A stretch of 64,000 nucleotides of DNA from Stylophora pistillata (GCF_002571385.2 NW_019217852.1:698960-762959), one strand, 5' to 3'. Shown: positions 50,901-64,000, counted from the first letter of the stretch. The notes: a model not told the origin generated them from the letters alone. Program-made: numbers and translations.

Positions 50901-52203
50901 TCTTTCGAATATTCGAGCAGTATTCATCGATTTTGTATCACAGCTTGTACATGGGAAAGTACCTGTTGCAATTCTTTCACGTAATAATTTTCATGGCGTC
51001 TCTGTTAACATAAGTGACATAAGCTTACTGCTGAAACGCGTCTTTGACGCCTTCTGATGTCTTATAATAACTTCAAATTTGCGTTATCGACAGAGAAAAA
51101 CTCAAACGTTTATCACAGTCCTTGTATTTAATGATAAATCGTTTCTGTCTACACTCTGCATTCGATCTGAAGTTTGGTAACAGTTTAAGTTGAATAGATA
51201 TCAAATACCTGTGTCGAGCGTAAGACCGGGTTTTGTAGTTTACATACACAGAGTGGTCATGCGTGATTTCGGGAAGAATAGATAATATTGTCTTCCCAGT
51301 TAATGGCTGGACTTTGGCGAAAACAAAACTGTGATTAAACTTTTTGCTACTCTTGGGGTGCTCAGTGAATAGAACCTTGCAATGAAATTGTATTGGGATT
51401 GGGTTAGGACATAAAAAGGGTTTATTTGGGAAATGAAAAGGCAGGTCCAGGCTGGTTAGTCAAATGGATGAGCGATAATCATTACCGATACATATTAATT
51501 ATTATTAAAACAAAGTTAATTGACCATACTATTATTATGCGCGATCAGGATTTTCATCATAGAATTAAACCAATCAATGTTCAATAGGTGATAAATCGGG
51601 GGACGAACTCCTGAGTTAAAAGACTGTTGCCTTGAAATATCACCAGGTTATCTCATTAGAGCACTTATAAATGGAGTGTTCTAACAGTAAAACCACTTAA
51701 AAGTAGCCACTATGAGAGAATGGAAAATTATTTTCATTAGCAGGGAGAAAGAAAATAGTCGAGAGGGAAACAATTATAATTTAGTAGATCAGAGCTCTAA
51801 GTAAAAACCTGTTAACTCTCTGAATACCTGAAAACATGAAGCAACAGATCATAACAGGTTTAAGTTTTGAATTGGATAAGTTCAGATATTGGTGCGAGTG
51901 TTCTGAATGACAAATTAGAAAACAAAGTTAACAAAATGAACATGATCTAGGCTGGGTTAATTTTAACACTCCGTTGAAAATTGTTCTATTTGCAAAGAAC
52001 TTTACAGTGGGTTTACAACCTCACAGTGTCATTGATTGGACAGGGTAGCTAGGTGAATTTATTAACAGTTCTTGCAAGTTTGGTACTGGGTCAAGGATGT
52101 GGTGTTTCTTTTCTTGTCCAATTTCCAGTTTTGGTCAATGTTTATTAACCTTTTTTTTCATAGATACTTATATATGATGATGGTATAAAATTGAAATAAA
52201 TAA

Positions 52204-55200
52204 ATGGCCACTACCCCACACCGCTTGAATGCAACACTTCCAGCTAACACTGGTACATTCCTTGCCGAAGATGGAAGGAAATGGTCATCGTTAGACATGC
52301 ATCAACAGGGACCTGAACCTTTCCAATCCATACCTGCACAAGAACTGCTCAAAGACAACTGTAGCAAATGTGGTTGGATAAGGAAAGAGGGTGGAAGTGT
52401 AAAATCATGTGAGTCCCTTTATCTTGCGTCATGTGTAATTTTTTAATTTTAGTGACTTCATATGGAATCTTTTATTACAGATCTCTCCATATGAAGCCCT
52501 TCTATCTAAATGGCCTGCCATCTAGAGCATCAGCCTTTGATGAGCTCCAGTTTCTAATGAGCAATCTTCACTCTCCTCTTTCCTTAATCAAAATTGCCAT
52601 GATAAAAATGCATGGTTAAATAAGGGTGGTGGGATAATGCTTTACCTATGGTTATACTGTAGTATTGTTTTATATTTTTTTGTACTCTTGCACAATTGTA
52701 CCTTTCTGTTGGATACTACCACACTTATTGGTGTGCAAAAAGAACAATTAAAAGATATGATGATGTGTACTATATGAGATATCGGAACTTTCAGTATCTT
52801 TAGAGCGACAATTTAGAAAATAATCTCTGTGTACATAAGTAAATGTTTTTATTTGTGTACTTCTATCAGATACTATTGCACTTGTTGGTGTGCCTCTCTT
52901 TTGGTACTGCTGCATAAAGCAATGTTTGTAAGGCTCATGAAGTGGAGAGTTCATGAAGTGGAGTTTGAAAGATGGCTAGCCCTTATGTAGCTTGAGAGTA
53001 ATTCAATATTTTTGTGTATTTACAGGGCGAGACAGATATGTCATCTTGCACAAAGGCTCCCTGTATTATTACAATACTTCGGATGCTAAAACCACAAATG
53101 GCAAGTTTTCCCTCAGTGGATACAGGTATGTTTTAATGAAAACAAAATTTTCAGTCAGGTGATGGATGCTAATGTAGAGTTCCTACTCCACCTGGAAAAA
53201 GATTGAACAGAGAAAAACTCTCTATTATAGTTGTTTAGACTTTTGAAAAACCTGTGACCATGACAAGAAAATACATCCAGCTACTAAATAATTTTGAATA
53301 ATGAAAAGTTAAATATAATTGTTACTTTGGAAAGCCCCTGAAAATGTACATGTTTGTAGACTAATATTTTTATCCATATCTTATTTTAGGTTGTCCCCTG
53401 CACCGGAGAAAACTTCCAAATTTCCATGGACTTTTAAACTAGTTCATTTACAACCAGAAAAAAGGACTTACTACTTTGCTGCTTATTCTGAACAAGAAAT
53501 GACTGTAAGTACATTTCTTTGTTTGAGAAACAGTGCATGCATTCATTTTTAATTCATGTTGAATGCAGGGTGTCAATCGAGTCCTATATTCCTATAAAAT
53601 CCTATAAAATCTTATTTTTTCAGACTTGTCCTATAAAGTCCTATAGATTGAGGAAAAATCCTATGTTTTCTTATGTTTTAAGCCTTCTTTTCCAAAAAAA
53701 TATTTAAAAAGAAATATTTAGAAAAAAGAAGTAAACATTGTATTGGCATTCAAAATCCACAATCCAAGAGATTTTTGTCACAAAGATCTGTCAGCAACAC
53801 CTCAGAAAGCAAATTGCTTAATTTGGCAACATATTAAATCCGTACATCTAGAGTGTCTAAAAAGTAAAGAACTTTAGGTTGGTTCTATAAGTTACTGTCA
53901 AATTGGTCCTATATTTTTGCCGTTTTGGCGGGTTTTGTTCTATATTTTCAGGTCGTCGAGTCCCATATTCCTATATTTTTGGACCCCTAAAGCCCTTGAC
54001 ACCCTGTGAATGTAGTGAGTAGATTCTCTGATGAGTTCTAGCAATAGTTTTTCTTTTGTTACCTTCGTATCCCTTGACACCATAACATCCGTATGCATAT
54101 TCTCCATACTGTTCTGAATATCAAGCAGGCAAGTGATGAGAATAAAGAAAAATATGAACAAGGGGATCATCAGTTGATCCAATACCAAATTCTCCAAACC
54201 AACATTACAGAATTGTGTGGCAGACAGTGAGGAGAAATACTAATGAGATCTTAGGAGTGACAGGGGTAACTCTTGTCAGTTACTCCTGGGAATGAAATGG
54301 TTCACAAGCTATTCAGTTAAACCTTTTTCTTTATACGTAGTGCTTTTTCTTGCTAGCACTGTGAGGGAGTATTTTATCCTTTGGTTTCATATAACCTCCT
54401 TGGAGAGCCTTTTAGGCGTGACTTCTGTCCACAATAGATTGTGTTTGATTTGGAAAATGAAATTAAGAGTTTGGAGCTGTGGGAAATCTAGGGAGTGGCT
54501 GCGAGTCCTCCCCCATTTCCAAAACTTGAGTCCCAAGCCGAGGAATGAAGTTTGCCAAAAAGATGTATTTAAGTCAGAAAGGTTCTTCTTGCTCTCCTTA
54601 ACCATTACCTTCCAGCCCTCATTCCTTGAAGTTTGCATTCTGAAGAAACAGTACTGTTTTAACTTGTTCAATAGGCAATAGTGAGGAAGGAGTTGTTTTA
54701 AATGAGTGAAAAATACAAGTAAGCTAGTTGTTGTGGACTAATACAGCAATTGAAGTCTAAACATGAATGTCAGCATGTCAGAAGAATGTCTGAATCATTC
54801 AACAACATGGCCAGCTCCTCTCTGAGCCTGTTAGCAGTCCTCTGGCCTGAATGGACTACTGTACGGTAGTATAGCGGTAAACTCTTCACATTCACCAATG
54901 GCCACTGCATCAGCCACCTTCACAATGGTTTCTTATAATTATAAGTGTTGCCAAGTTTGCTCTCAGAAAAAGTTTTCAATTTGCTGCTCAATTCTTTTTG
55001 TAGGAATGGATGGACAGTATAATAAGTGATATGAGAGAATACTGTGGGACAGGAAGACAAAACATGTGAGTGTCCTTAAGAGACCCAAATTGTAACAATT
55101 TTTGTAACTAATTGAGCAGGTTTATTGTAAAAATAATTATTGTTTAAAGGTGATAACGATGTCCTGAGTGTCATTTTATTAAAATGATGCTGGACCTAAT

Positions 55201-58200
55201 TCTCTGAAAAAGTATCATCAAAATTGAGAATTGAGACACGATTCTAACATCAGAAGGCTAATAGTCTCACAATACTGTTCTCTGCAGATTTTCTTTAGTA
55301 CTCAAAGGAAGAATTTTCCTGATAATCAAGAGCCTCTTCATTCAAAAGCTTTTCCATTATCCTTGTGATGTAAATGTTTGATTTAGGGGGGTGATAATGT
55401 TAGGTAAAATTAGACGCTAGTCACTCCTAGGGATTTAAGGTTAATAAATTGGTGCAAAGTAAGCTCTTATAATGCATTTCTTTTTTTGTTGTTCACGCAG
55501 TGTTGAGCCAAATGATAATTCAGACCTGGAGTATTGCTATCCAGAAGTACAACCTAAATTTGACATGCAACAATTAGCAGCAATGTTTGGAAAACCTCAA
55601 CCACTATGTACATCAGATGCATTGTACTGTCCACCCCCTGAAATGGACTCTTCACAAGTGCAAAGAAAGCCCCTTCCTCTTCAAAGACCTGCATTTCCTT
55701 CACCTAAGCCAGTTAGAGGGGGGTTCAGCTACACTGGTAGCCCAGCTCCCATGCCAGGCCAGGGAGCTGCTTCAATAGGGGCAGTCAGGCAATCTCCTCA
55801 GGTGGCAAGTCCTGGTTTCCCCCGCAAAATAAATGAGCCTCCTGCTGTACCTTCAAGGATGGGAAAACCACTAGCACCTCCTAAACCACTACCTCGACCA
55901 CCACCTCTGATGCGGCATACCACCGAACCCATAACGAGGTTTCCATCTTCGCCCTGTGGAGGTACTGCACATTGTCTGAAGTAACTAAAGTATGGCATTA
56001 TGTGTCTGTTATTGTCTCAGCTAGTTCATCCAATCTATTAAGTCCATTGCAATCATCCTTATCACACCTATCTATGGGGAGGTAAAATTGAATCGTTCTG
56101 TTCTTGCAATGTTTTTATTGACTTTTGAACAGCTTCTCACTGCTGACTTAGCTTTTATCTTGTCCTGGCTGAGGATCTCTCAACAACAAATGGATAATCC
56201 TGTGCTTTATAATCTTGTTTTATTGATTTATATTTATAATTAAAATCTTATTGGGTTCTTAGGGTTTGAATTTGAAGATTATTGTAATCAAATTTTGTTG
56301 ATAACTGTGTTAATATTGAATTATGTTTAGACCAAGAAGAAGAAGAAGGTGAAGGTTACTTGGACATAGTTCCAGACACAAATCCTGAAGATGTCAATGA
56401 CAAGCAGTCCACCTTGTCAAGGTCTGTCCAGTAAGAAGCACCTTCCTTTGCCATCATTCTCTATCAATGGAGTGTAATTTCTGTGCAGGATAACAGAAAC
56501 TTTTCTATATTTATGAAGCTTCTAATTGAGGGGAGCTACATTTTCCTCTACATTGCTCTTTTTGATTGTTATTAAGAGCTTTGTGTATTTTATTTTTGGG
56601 ATCTCTTACAAAAGGAGACACATTGAATCATTAAGTAACAATCACTGGCATTCATCAGCTAATGTACATAAGCCTCTTAAACATCTACTTAAGAGTTACC
56701 TTGTTTTTAATAGAGCTAGGTGTACCCTTACTGCTCCAGGCTTGATGTGACAGCTAGTAAACAGGCATGTAGAAAAAGCAAAGAAAAGAGGGGAGGGATT
56801 TTGGAGAGGGGAAGAAGAGATTCCCGTAGCCCTAATTTTTTTTTTTTTGCGGTCTGCTTTTTTCACTAGTAGAAAGGATACTTGTACTCTTGATGCTCTT
56901 GAACCCTCCTGATATGGAAATTTCAACACCTCATTGTTGCTATTAAGTATTATATAAATTATACCGTGACTGGTCTAGTCTTGCTGCATAAAAATACAGA
57001 AGCCTTTTTGAGTGTCTAATATTTGTTGTACAAAATCATTAAGATACCGGTAAACGGATACCTGTACATCTTAAAAATAGACTAAATTGTATAAGGGGTT
57101 CAAATAAAATAATAGCTAAGTTTTTCCTTTTTTTGGTTTGGACCAGTATGACGATTCAGTTTTGACTCAGATCTTCAAATACTTCTTGCAGAGTAATTTC
57201 AGCCATGTTAAGGTAAAGAAGTCACGCTATAGTAATTACGATCAATCCTAAGATAACAGAAATCTTGAAAAATGCCCCCTTTGTTCTTAGCCTACAGTAA
57301 TCGGTTACTCAGTTTACGGAACGGGACGAGTTGTTGATTCCTTTTTTGTAAATTGTTACTTAAAGTTGCAACTCAGAAAATGGTGTTACCAGTAAAGAAG
57401 TGGTTTTACCAGTATGTGGTACTAGTAGCTAAAGGGTAACGTTGACTATGCCGCTTTTTAATCTTAGTGTTGTTTTCTCTGTTGGCTTTAGGGGATATCC
57501 TGATGGACGAAGCATCCGACGGCATCACAATGAGGTGAGTATGGAACCATTTATTTTCTATGATTTTCAGACCTAGTTGAGCGTCAGTAATCTTACAAAG
57601 CTTGTGTTTCATTGTTTGTAATGTCGTCTCTAGAATGCTGAATAGAGTCCTAAAATCCATAAACTCCGGATCCTATAGCTTAATGAGTGTTGGTGATTCC
57701 CCTGAATGCTATTCAATCGTAGCTTACCCACCCCACCCCCCTGCACAGTGCGTAAGCAGCTCGTGACTCGTGGGTACACATGTACCAACGGGGGTACTAT
57801 GAGGAAGTGTTTTTTTCCAAGATCTTAACGTTGCCAGGCTTAATACTTATTTAACCTGGGGCTTTAATTTTGATTTGTAGTCCATCAGGCTCTGCTTTCC
57901 TCAATCCAAAGGACTTTGGAATAATCATTCCGTCGTTCCCCCTGCACCACTCCCCACCCCACCTCCCTAATGTGAAGTTATTTTGCTGACACTTGGTATA
58001 TGGCGATGGATAGAGATTATAATCTCTTGTGACTGATCATTCACTGCCAAGTGTATAAATTCCAGTTTCTATCAGCGTAATTTTGTGACACACTGTAGTT
58101 TCACGTGTTCACAGGCTTTCGAAATACAGGACAATCGTTTTGTTAATTTACCACCTTCATTTTATTGTTCCAGGGAGTTCTTCCTTCCTCGGCTGTGAAA

Positions 58201-59437
58201 CTCGACGTGGACAAGATCCAAGTTGGGGCGTAAGTACTTCACTGAAACCTTTTATGGAGGTTATTTGTAAAATGCTTGTGAAAATACTTGTAATGAAATC
58301 GAAAAAGTACCCATCTTTTCATTTATGTTATTGACATTTACTTATGTAAGCGGGGTTTCTGATATGACCCACTATGAGTTGGAAGCTATTTGATCTCTAA
58401 GTACAATTTGAATTTGCTAATTTTTTTCTTTTATTCTCTTCTATTGCCTGTTTTCTACTGAAACCGATCAATATAAAGTCGTTTTATTGGTTATGTAGCC
58501 AAATATGCCTCAGGCAAAAGAACAACTGAATCCTGATAAAGCGAACTCCTTATTCGCGGAGCACATATCAACAGAAATAGGTCTTTGATCGAGAGTGGAG
58601 AGTACGGTTTTCGTGGTCTAATATAGTAGTCGTGATTGCAGGGCTTGTTACTGTTTTCGTGTTTTAATGTTTATTTCTAACTGTTTTTTCCCGCAGTCTC
58701 TTGGAAAATAAACTCGGAGTCTACATATTGCGTAAAAGTCAGAACGCACAGTCAGAGCGGGTAAACGCAACGTTTAAAATGATTTTTAATCATACAAAAC
58801 TCGTGTACTTCAGAGTCTGAACACCGTAGATTGTTTACATCGACCGTTAATGATTTGTATATGGTAACATGACTTATAAGAGTACGGGGAATAATTACAA
58901 ACGTGCAAGCAGTGGGAGCTCAGTCAAAGAGTGAATTTAATCTATCAGTACAGTCCAAGAAAACCATACATCAATAAAACAGGTCTGTCTCTCAAATCTT
59001 GTTCAAACAAGAAACTGTAATCGCCTTTTCAGCATCTTGCTTTTCACACTTCACAAAGTAGTATTTCCAAGTTCGAGGAAAAATTATTTTTTTATTTACT
59101 TCTTTATGTTTGTTTTGTTTTCATGCAGGCTCTGTCCGTGTGGACTGGAGATCGAGTACGACACTACATGGTGTTTCAGGATGAGGTATGTTGTTAATTC
59201 TACGTCTGCTAAGCTTTTTTTACTTTGTTTCTTGTAAATTCTTATTCATATGGCAGTCTGGACGCACAATCCACAATGAACCCTTACCCGCATATCTGCG
59301 TTGTGATATTTTTGCAGAAGGGCTATGCTCTTGATCCTGAGGGCGTGCGATGTAAAACAATTGAGGACCTTTTAAAACACTTCTACGACTTCACCTTACC
59401 AAGATGTGACGTGAAACTTAAAGCGCCCTATAAATAG
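52204..59437 (+). CDS. SH3BP2: SH3 domain-binding protein 2 (3BP2)-like adaptor with PH, proline-rich and SH2 regions
   Basis: Exons 52204-52408, 53026-53125, 53390-53504, 55004-55065, 55501-55961, 56331-56421(or 56430), 57492-57534, 58174-58229, 58697-58760, 59129-59185 and 59318-59437(TAG), all phase-consistent. PH sequence IPAQELL...GWIRKEGG...WRDRYVILHKGSLYYY...GKFSLSGYR...FKLVH...RTYYFAA..EQEM.EW matches the 3BP2 PH pattern. SH2: GVYILRKS...VRHY...TIEDLLKHFY...LP...LKAPY. Probable 5'UTR exon donor at 50640. Confidence 0.88.
53566..54006. mobile_element. Non-autonomous DNA transposon (MITE) with 11-bp TIRs and a 6-bp TSD, hAT-like
   Basis: TIRs CAGGGTGTCAA / TTGACACCCTG, TSD TGAATG at 53560-53565 and 54007-54012, and many subterminal TCCTAT repeats. 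Confidence 0.9.
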
Positions 59438-61620
59438 ACATGATTTGATTGGACTATAGGCCAACATCAAATAGAGGACCATGGAGTAACCAGTCAGAGT
59501 CGACCATATCCTTCATCTGTTAAATTCATTATCGTATTAGCTGAAGGTGCTAATTAATCGTGTGGGGTGTTATCAAGCGGTTGGTGTTTTGCGAAGGCCA
59601 GACTTTAATTTTATATCAAAATTATTGCAAATTCAACATGAAACGATACGATTCTAGGCGAGGCTCTGACAATAACCTCGAATATTCCTCAGAGCTTTGT
59701 AGTGATGACAATTCCTTTACCTTGTATTTTGAAGTGAAACAATTGGACAATTTTGCGACTTCCTAAATTTTCTCCAGTAAGTTTGTTTATTTTTTAGACA
59801 GAATACTTCCTCAAAATACATAGATATAAAGATAGCTACTTAATATGTTCCCAGAGAAGGGTATAAAATTAACAAAAGTAAATCCCCTGTGGTATTTAAA
59901 AAGCCTCATCTTCTTCTAGTTTAGGTACTGGACTTATCTAAGTTCTTATAATAGATGATCGTTAGTTGTTGTGCACTGACGGCTTTTGCTACTCCTAGCA
60001 GGTATATGGTGTTAACTTTATGTTTTGAAATTAGGAAAATGTAGTAGAAGGATTATAATGTTAATAGAATCTCATAAAGTGGGAGAAATATCTGCTCATA
60101 ATTGTCTTCAAATAGTCTTCATGAATGCGAAACAAGGACTTCAATGTAGATTAAAATATTCTATACCAATTTGTGGGCTGGTTCCGCTTTTGCTGCATAG
60201 CAAACGCCAATATAATGGCAACTTCAAACCAATATGCAGTGCATTGTGTTGGAAATAAGACACCATAACAGAGATTTACGTTAACATTTTGCTAATTATG
60301 TGGAAAGAATGAACGTAAATTTTTATTGAATTCTTTTTAAACTAGCAACTGTACAGTACAATTGACAATTAATCCGAATTTTGCTTTGATGCATACAGAT
60401 GGTTGATGCCAACTGTTGATATACCTTGAAAAAAAATTTCCTTGAAAGTTAAGTGGGTCAAATTTTTTACTGGAGTTAATAGAATCAAGCATCGCGTATT
60501 TGGTTATCATTTACTTTTGTCTTCGCAATGTAATCGATGATCATTCTCCTGAATTGTATTGAACATTAAATCGTACCTAACTTATGATTTATTTTACGTA
60601 GTCAGAGAAATACGAGTAAAATAATTTTATATTTTGATAATTAGCTACATTTGAACCTTTTTGAAATTTTGAAATAAAGCTATATTTTCCATTCGATATC
60701 TTATGCGCCTGTAACTACTGAACGAGTTTGGTGATCTATGCTTTTTTATTTATTATTACGTCATAAAAATTGCATTCTCGTTGATCTAATTTCAATTTAT
60801 TGATGGAGGTGGTACAAAGATACGTATCCATGCCAACAAATACGGCTATAGGACTACAACGATCCTCTGCCAAACGAAAATATGCGACGTTTTTCTTCTG
60901 GCTATCCCCGTGGAAAAAGTTGACTAATCAGCAAAGTAGAGAGAGGCTTCCGTTGTTTTATTGGCGTACTTTCTGCCAAAATGTATGTTACTGGACCTGG
61001 TACAGATTTTAAGTCTTTCGGTCGCCGTTATGGAAATCTCTGAACGAGAGAGGGGTGGGGGAGGGGGAATCTCAAAAACTCTTTGTCTCAAATATATTGT
61101 TTAAAATCGTAGAGTTTGCGTCATTGTTGATGCTAGGTAATGTTGCACCTTCTCAAAAACTCAGTGTGAACCTTGATTAAATGAAATTTATAATGACCTT
61201 TCCAATTACATATGTTCTCTTTCACCATTATTTTGAAATCCGTCCGCGCCATTTGGTCACGAGCGCAAAACGTACTCATCCAAAAATTCTCACACATGAT
61301 GCCTGGGCCATTCTGTCATGTTAGTCCACGGGAAAATCATAGTGACAACGTAGCGTCAATATACATTACATCACCATCTCCTTAATTTGAAAGGACGCAA
61401 CGCCACCTTCAATAGTCACACACAAAACGTATTGCTACTAGGGCAGAGGAAAAGTATTAGAATTGAATAAACCATAACTGACCTTCCCTTAATTGTCCGT
61501 TCCGAAATTCAAAATAGTCCTGGAAACTAGTTTGGCTTGCGTGGAATGCTGGGGTTGTTTTGGGGGACGTGGAAAAGCATGGCAGATGTCGAACTGTAGG
61601 TTGTAAATGACAAATTCAGC

Positions 61621-61930
61621 ATGGGAAAACGTAACTGCTGTGTCCCAACCTGTGTGAATTCTTGGCGAAATTCCCCTGGAGTGAAGTATCATTCTCTTCC
61701 CAAAGAGAAAGCTGTCTTAAAAGAATATAAAAGGCTTTTAAGAAACGATAACCTCAAAGAGATTTCGGCTAACACAAGTATTTGTGGAAATCACATCTCG
61801 CCGGGGAGGAGAACGGATGTCCCATGCGCAACTGCCTTCGATCTTTCTATGGACAAACCCAGAAAAATTCGACGTGAAATAGTCAAACACGATTTGCCTT
61901 CAAAGCGTAAAAAGATATCAGTGGATTTTG
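61621..61930 (+). pseudogene. Frameshifted THAP-domain fragment, probably a DNA transposon relic
   Basis: MGKRNCCVPTC...YHSLPKE...ICGNH is the C2CH THAP signature. The expected continuation PGGERMSHAQLPSIF(L)W lies in another frame after ~61795. Confidence 0.75.
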
Positions 61931-62881
61931 AAGCTGTAACAGACATAAGCAGGGTCCCGACTAGAACTTGTGATTTATTCAAGCGCAACGAAATGATGGC
62001 CAAAGCTGAATCACTAATTCGAAAACTCATGGCTTGATACTTGAATTAGGGAGTTTTGGCTCGGCCCGTGTCATTTTTATCTGATTTATCGGTTCAGAAA
62101 TCATGATTCGGAAAACACAAACAGCTTGCGAAACATTGGTTTACGGAAAATCATGATCGCAATCGTCTCGTGGAGTTTACTAACCAAGCTCCTTGTTATA
62201 TGAGCACACCCTGTGGTTTCTTTGCATATAACTGACTTTGGTTAACCAATCTGCTACTTGAGTCAACCTTTCGACAATAGGGTTTTTGGTTGGTTTTTCT
62301 TTCTGGCATAATAAAAACCTCCTTTTTCTAGCGTAGTATCGTCGTTCGAGTCCAGCTGAAATTGGAAAGAATTTTTGGCGATTTCTGCTTAAAATCCAAC
62401 TTCTTCAACCATCCAGAACACACTGTCACTCAAAACAGGCAGCGAAGAAAGAAATATCCTGTGCAGTCTAGAGATTAGTACTATATCACCAGGCTAAAGA
62501 GAGATTTTTATTCATTTGGGTTTCATACTAATAAATCAAAGAACAGATGGTAAGAGATTGAGCTGGATTTTCATGCTGTAGCAGTCAAAATATTCAACAG
62601 AATATTTATAATGAAAATTCTATTGACTGACGTGTATGGCTGCTAATGGGCAGCTATAGAAGTGTGATGGCCCAACTCTACAATGGCATGATTCTCAGTA
62701 TGCATATTCTAGCAAGTGTCAAAAGGAAAATTAAGATTTGTAGTGATAATTCACTCAGGAGATGTTTGTTAAACAACCGCTTTTCCCTCTGGATCTTATT
62801 AGGTGAATATCTTCTAAAATCAGGCCACTGATATGGAAGTAGTTCTTTGAGATATTTTATTATAACCGGCTTTTATTCTAG

Positions 62882-64000
62882 TTCAAGGAGGCAAAAGCAT
62901 CAAACTCTGGTCATATTCCAAATGAAGAGGACAGCAACAGTTACAGCAGACGCTGCTCATTATCAAGAAGGCTTAGAGTTACTTTCCTGGCATCAGAATG
63001 GGGATCAAGCAAAGGAGGCCTCTCCGCCTTAAACAGGGAATTTGCAATAAACATTGCGAAGGACCCAACAGCTGAGGTCAGTTACTTCGTTCAAGCTGCA
63101 ATGACGAGAACAAGAAAGCAGCTCATAGTCACAAAGTAGAACTTGTAAAGGCAGTAAGGCGGCCCGGCTTCGATGAACTGCAATGCCTCAGCTTTCCACC
63201 GAAAGATTTGCCAATCGACATAGTTGTTGGAAATGGTGTTAAACTTGGCCATCAGGCACAAATTATTAAGGATTCCCACAAATGTCAATGGTTCAGGTTG
63301 TTCATACAGACCCTGAAGAACTAGAGACTTATAAAGAATGTGCCAGTCCAATTTCGAATGCTCATAAAAAGCATGAAACAGACTGAGGTAGAACTTTGCG
63401 AGCTGACTGACTTCGTTGTACCAGTTGGCCCTAAGTTGTACAAAACGTTAAATTCTTATCTCGCCTCATGCAAGAAGGAACAATGTCTCCTTGAATTTAC
63501 CCCTGGAATTTTAACAGAATTCTCTGAACTGAATCAAGGTCTAGACAAACGAGAAGTTTGTAAAGTCTTGGGTTTTGGTCGTGGAGATTCGGAGGGCTTT
63601 AGATTAAAAGGATTCGACATTGCAGCTAGAGCTGTGGCTAAACTGAGTTATTGTCATCTGTTATTTGTTGGGGCGGCGAAGGAAAACCTAGAAAGTACAC
63701 AAAAACTTTTCCTCGATTGTGATATCCCTTCCAGCCGGCTAAGGGTACGACCGTTTTTAAATAGCAGGGATGATTTGAAAAAGCTATTTTGCGAGGCAGA
63801 TCTCGTAGTTATGCCCTCGCGAACCGAAGGCTTTGGGTTAACGGGTCTTGAAGCCTTATCAGCTGGTCTTCCTATTCGTGTAAGTCGAAAATCAGAATTT
63901 GGAGAAGCTTTGATGAAAATACCATTTGGCCGGCATTTTGTGATTGACTCAGATGATCAAGATCAGTGGGCCAAAGCAATTGAGGAAGTCTGCAGCAGCG
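62882..64000 (+). pseudogene. GT4 (Glycos_transf_1, MshA-like) glycosyltransferase domain with frameshifts; continues beyond the window
   Basis: RVTFLASEWGSSKGGLSALNREFA...IDIVVGNGVKLGHQAQII...QVVHTDPEEL...VGPKL...FGRGDSEGFRLKGFDIAARA...ADLVVMPSRTEGFGLTGLEALSAGLP, with the EX7E motif at 63826-63852. Frame changes are needed at ~63091, ~63291 and ~63381. Acceptor AG at 62880-62881. Confidence 0.88.

Overview
This is eukaryotic, intron-rich, AT-rich genomic DNA, most likely from a stony coral (inferred from the repeat families and gene content), with assembly gaps at 3002-3342 and 6152. Three spliced genes can be reconstructed with phase-consistent GT-AG junctions: (1) a + strand mosaic extracellular-type protein with LamG/pentraxin-like, C-type lectin and PAN/Apple domains (~8499-13500); (2) a - strand divergent kinesin (ATG at 47903) whose motor exons continue into stalk exons and probably into a very long coiled-coil tail ending at 16972, with an in-frame TAA at 27217-27219 and a candidate motor-less alternative first exon; (3) a + strand SH3BP2 orthologue (PH, proline-rich, SH2; 52204-59437) with a tankyrase-binding RxxPDG motif built across a splice junction that has two competing donors. 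Also present are an isolated Ig-domain exon, a frameshifted THAP fragment, a frameshifted GT4 glycosyltransferase running off the right end, Penelope, Tx1/L1 and L2-type retroelement fragments, tRNA-derived SINEs, several MITEs, hammerhead ribozyme motifs, an 18-bp minisatellite and two ~1-kb duplications (one probably an assembly artefact). No rRNA, tRNA gene or CRISPR array is supported. All exon models were read by eye and lack transcript support.
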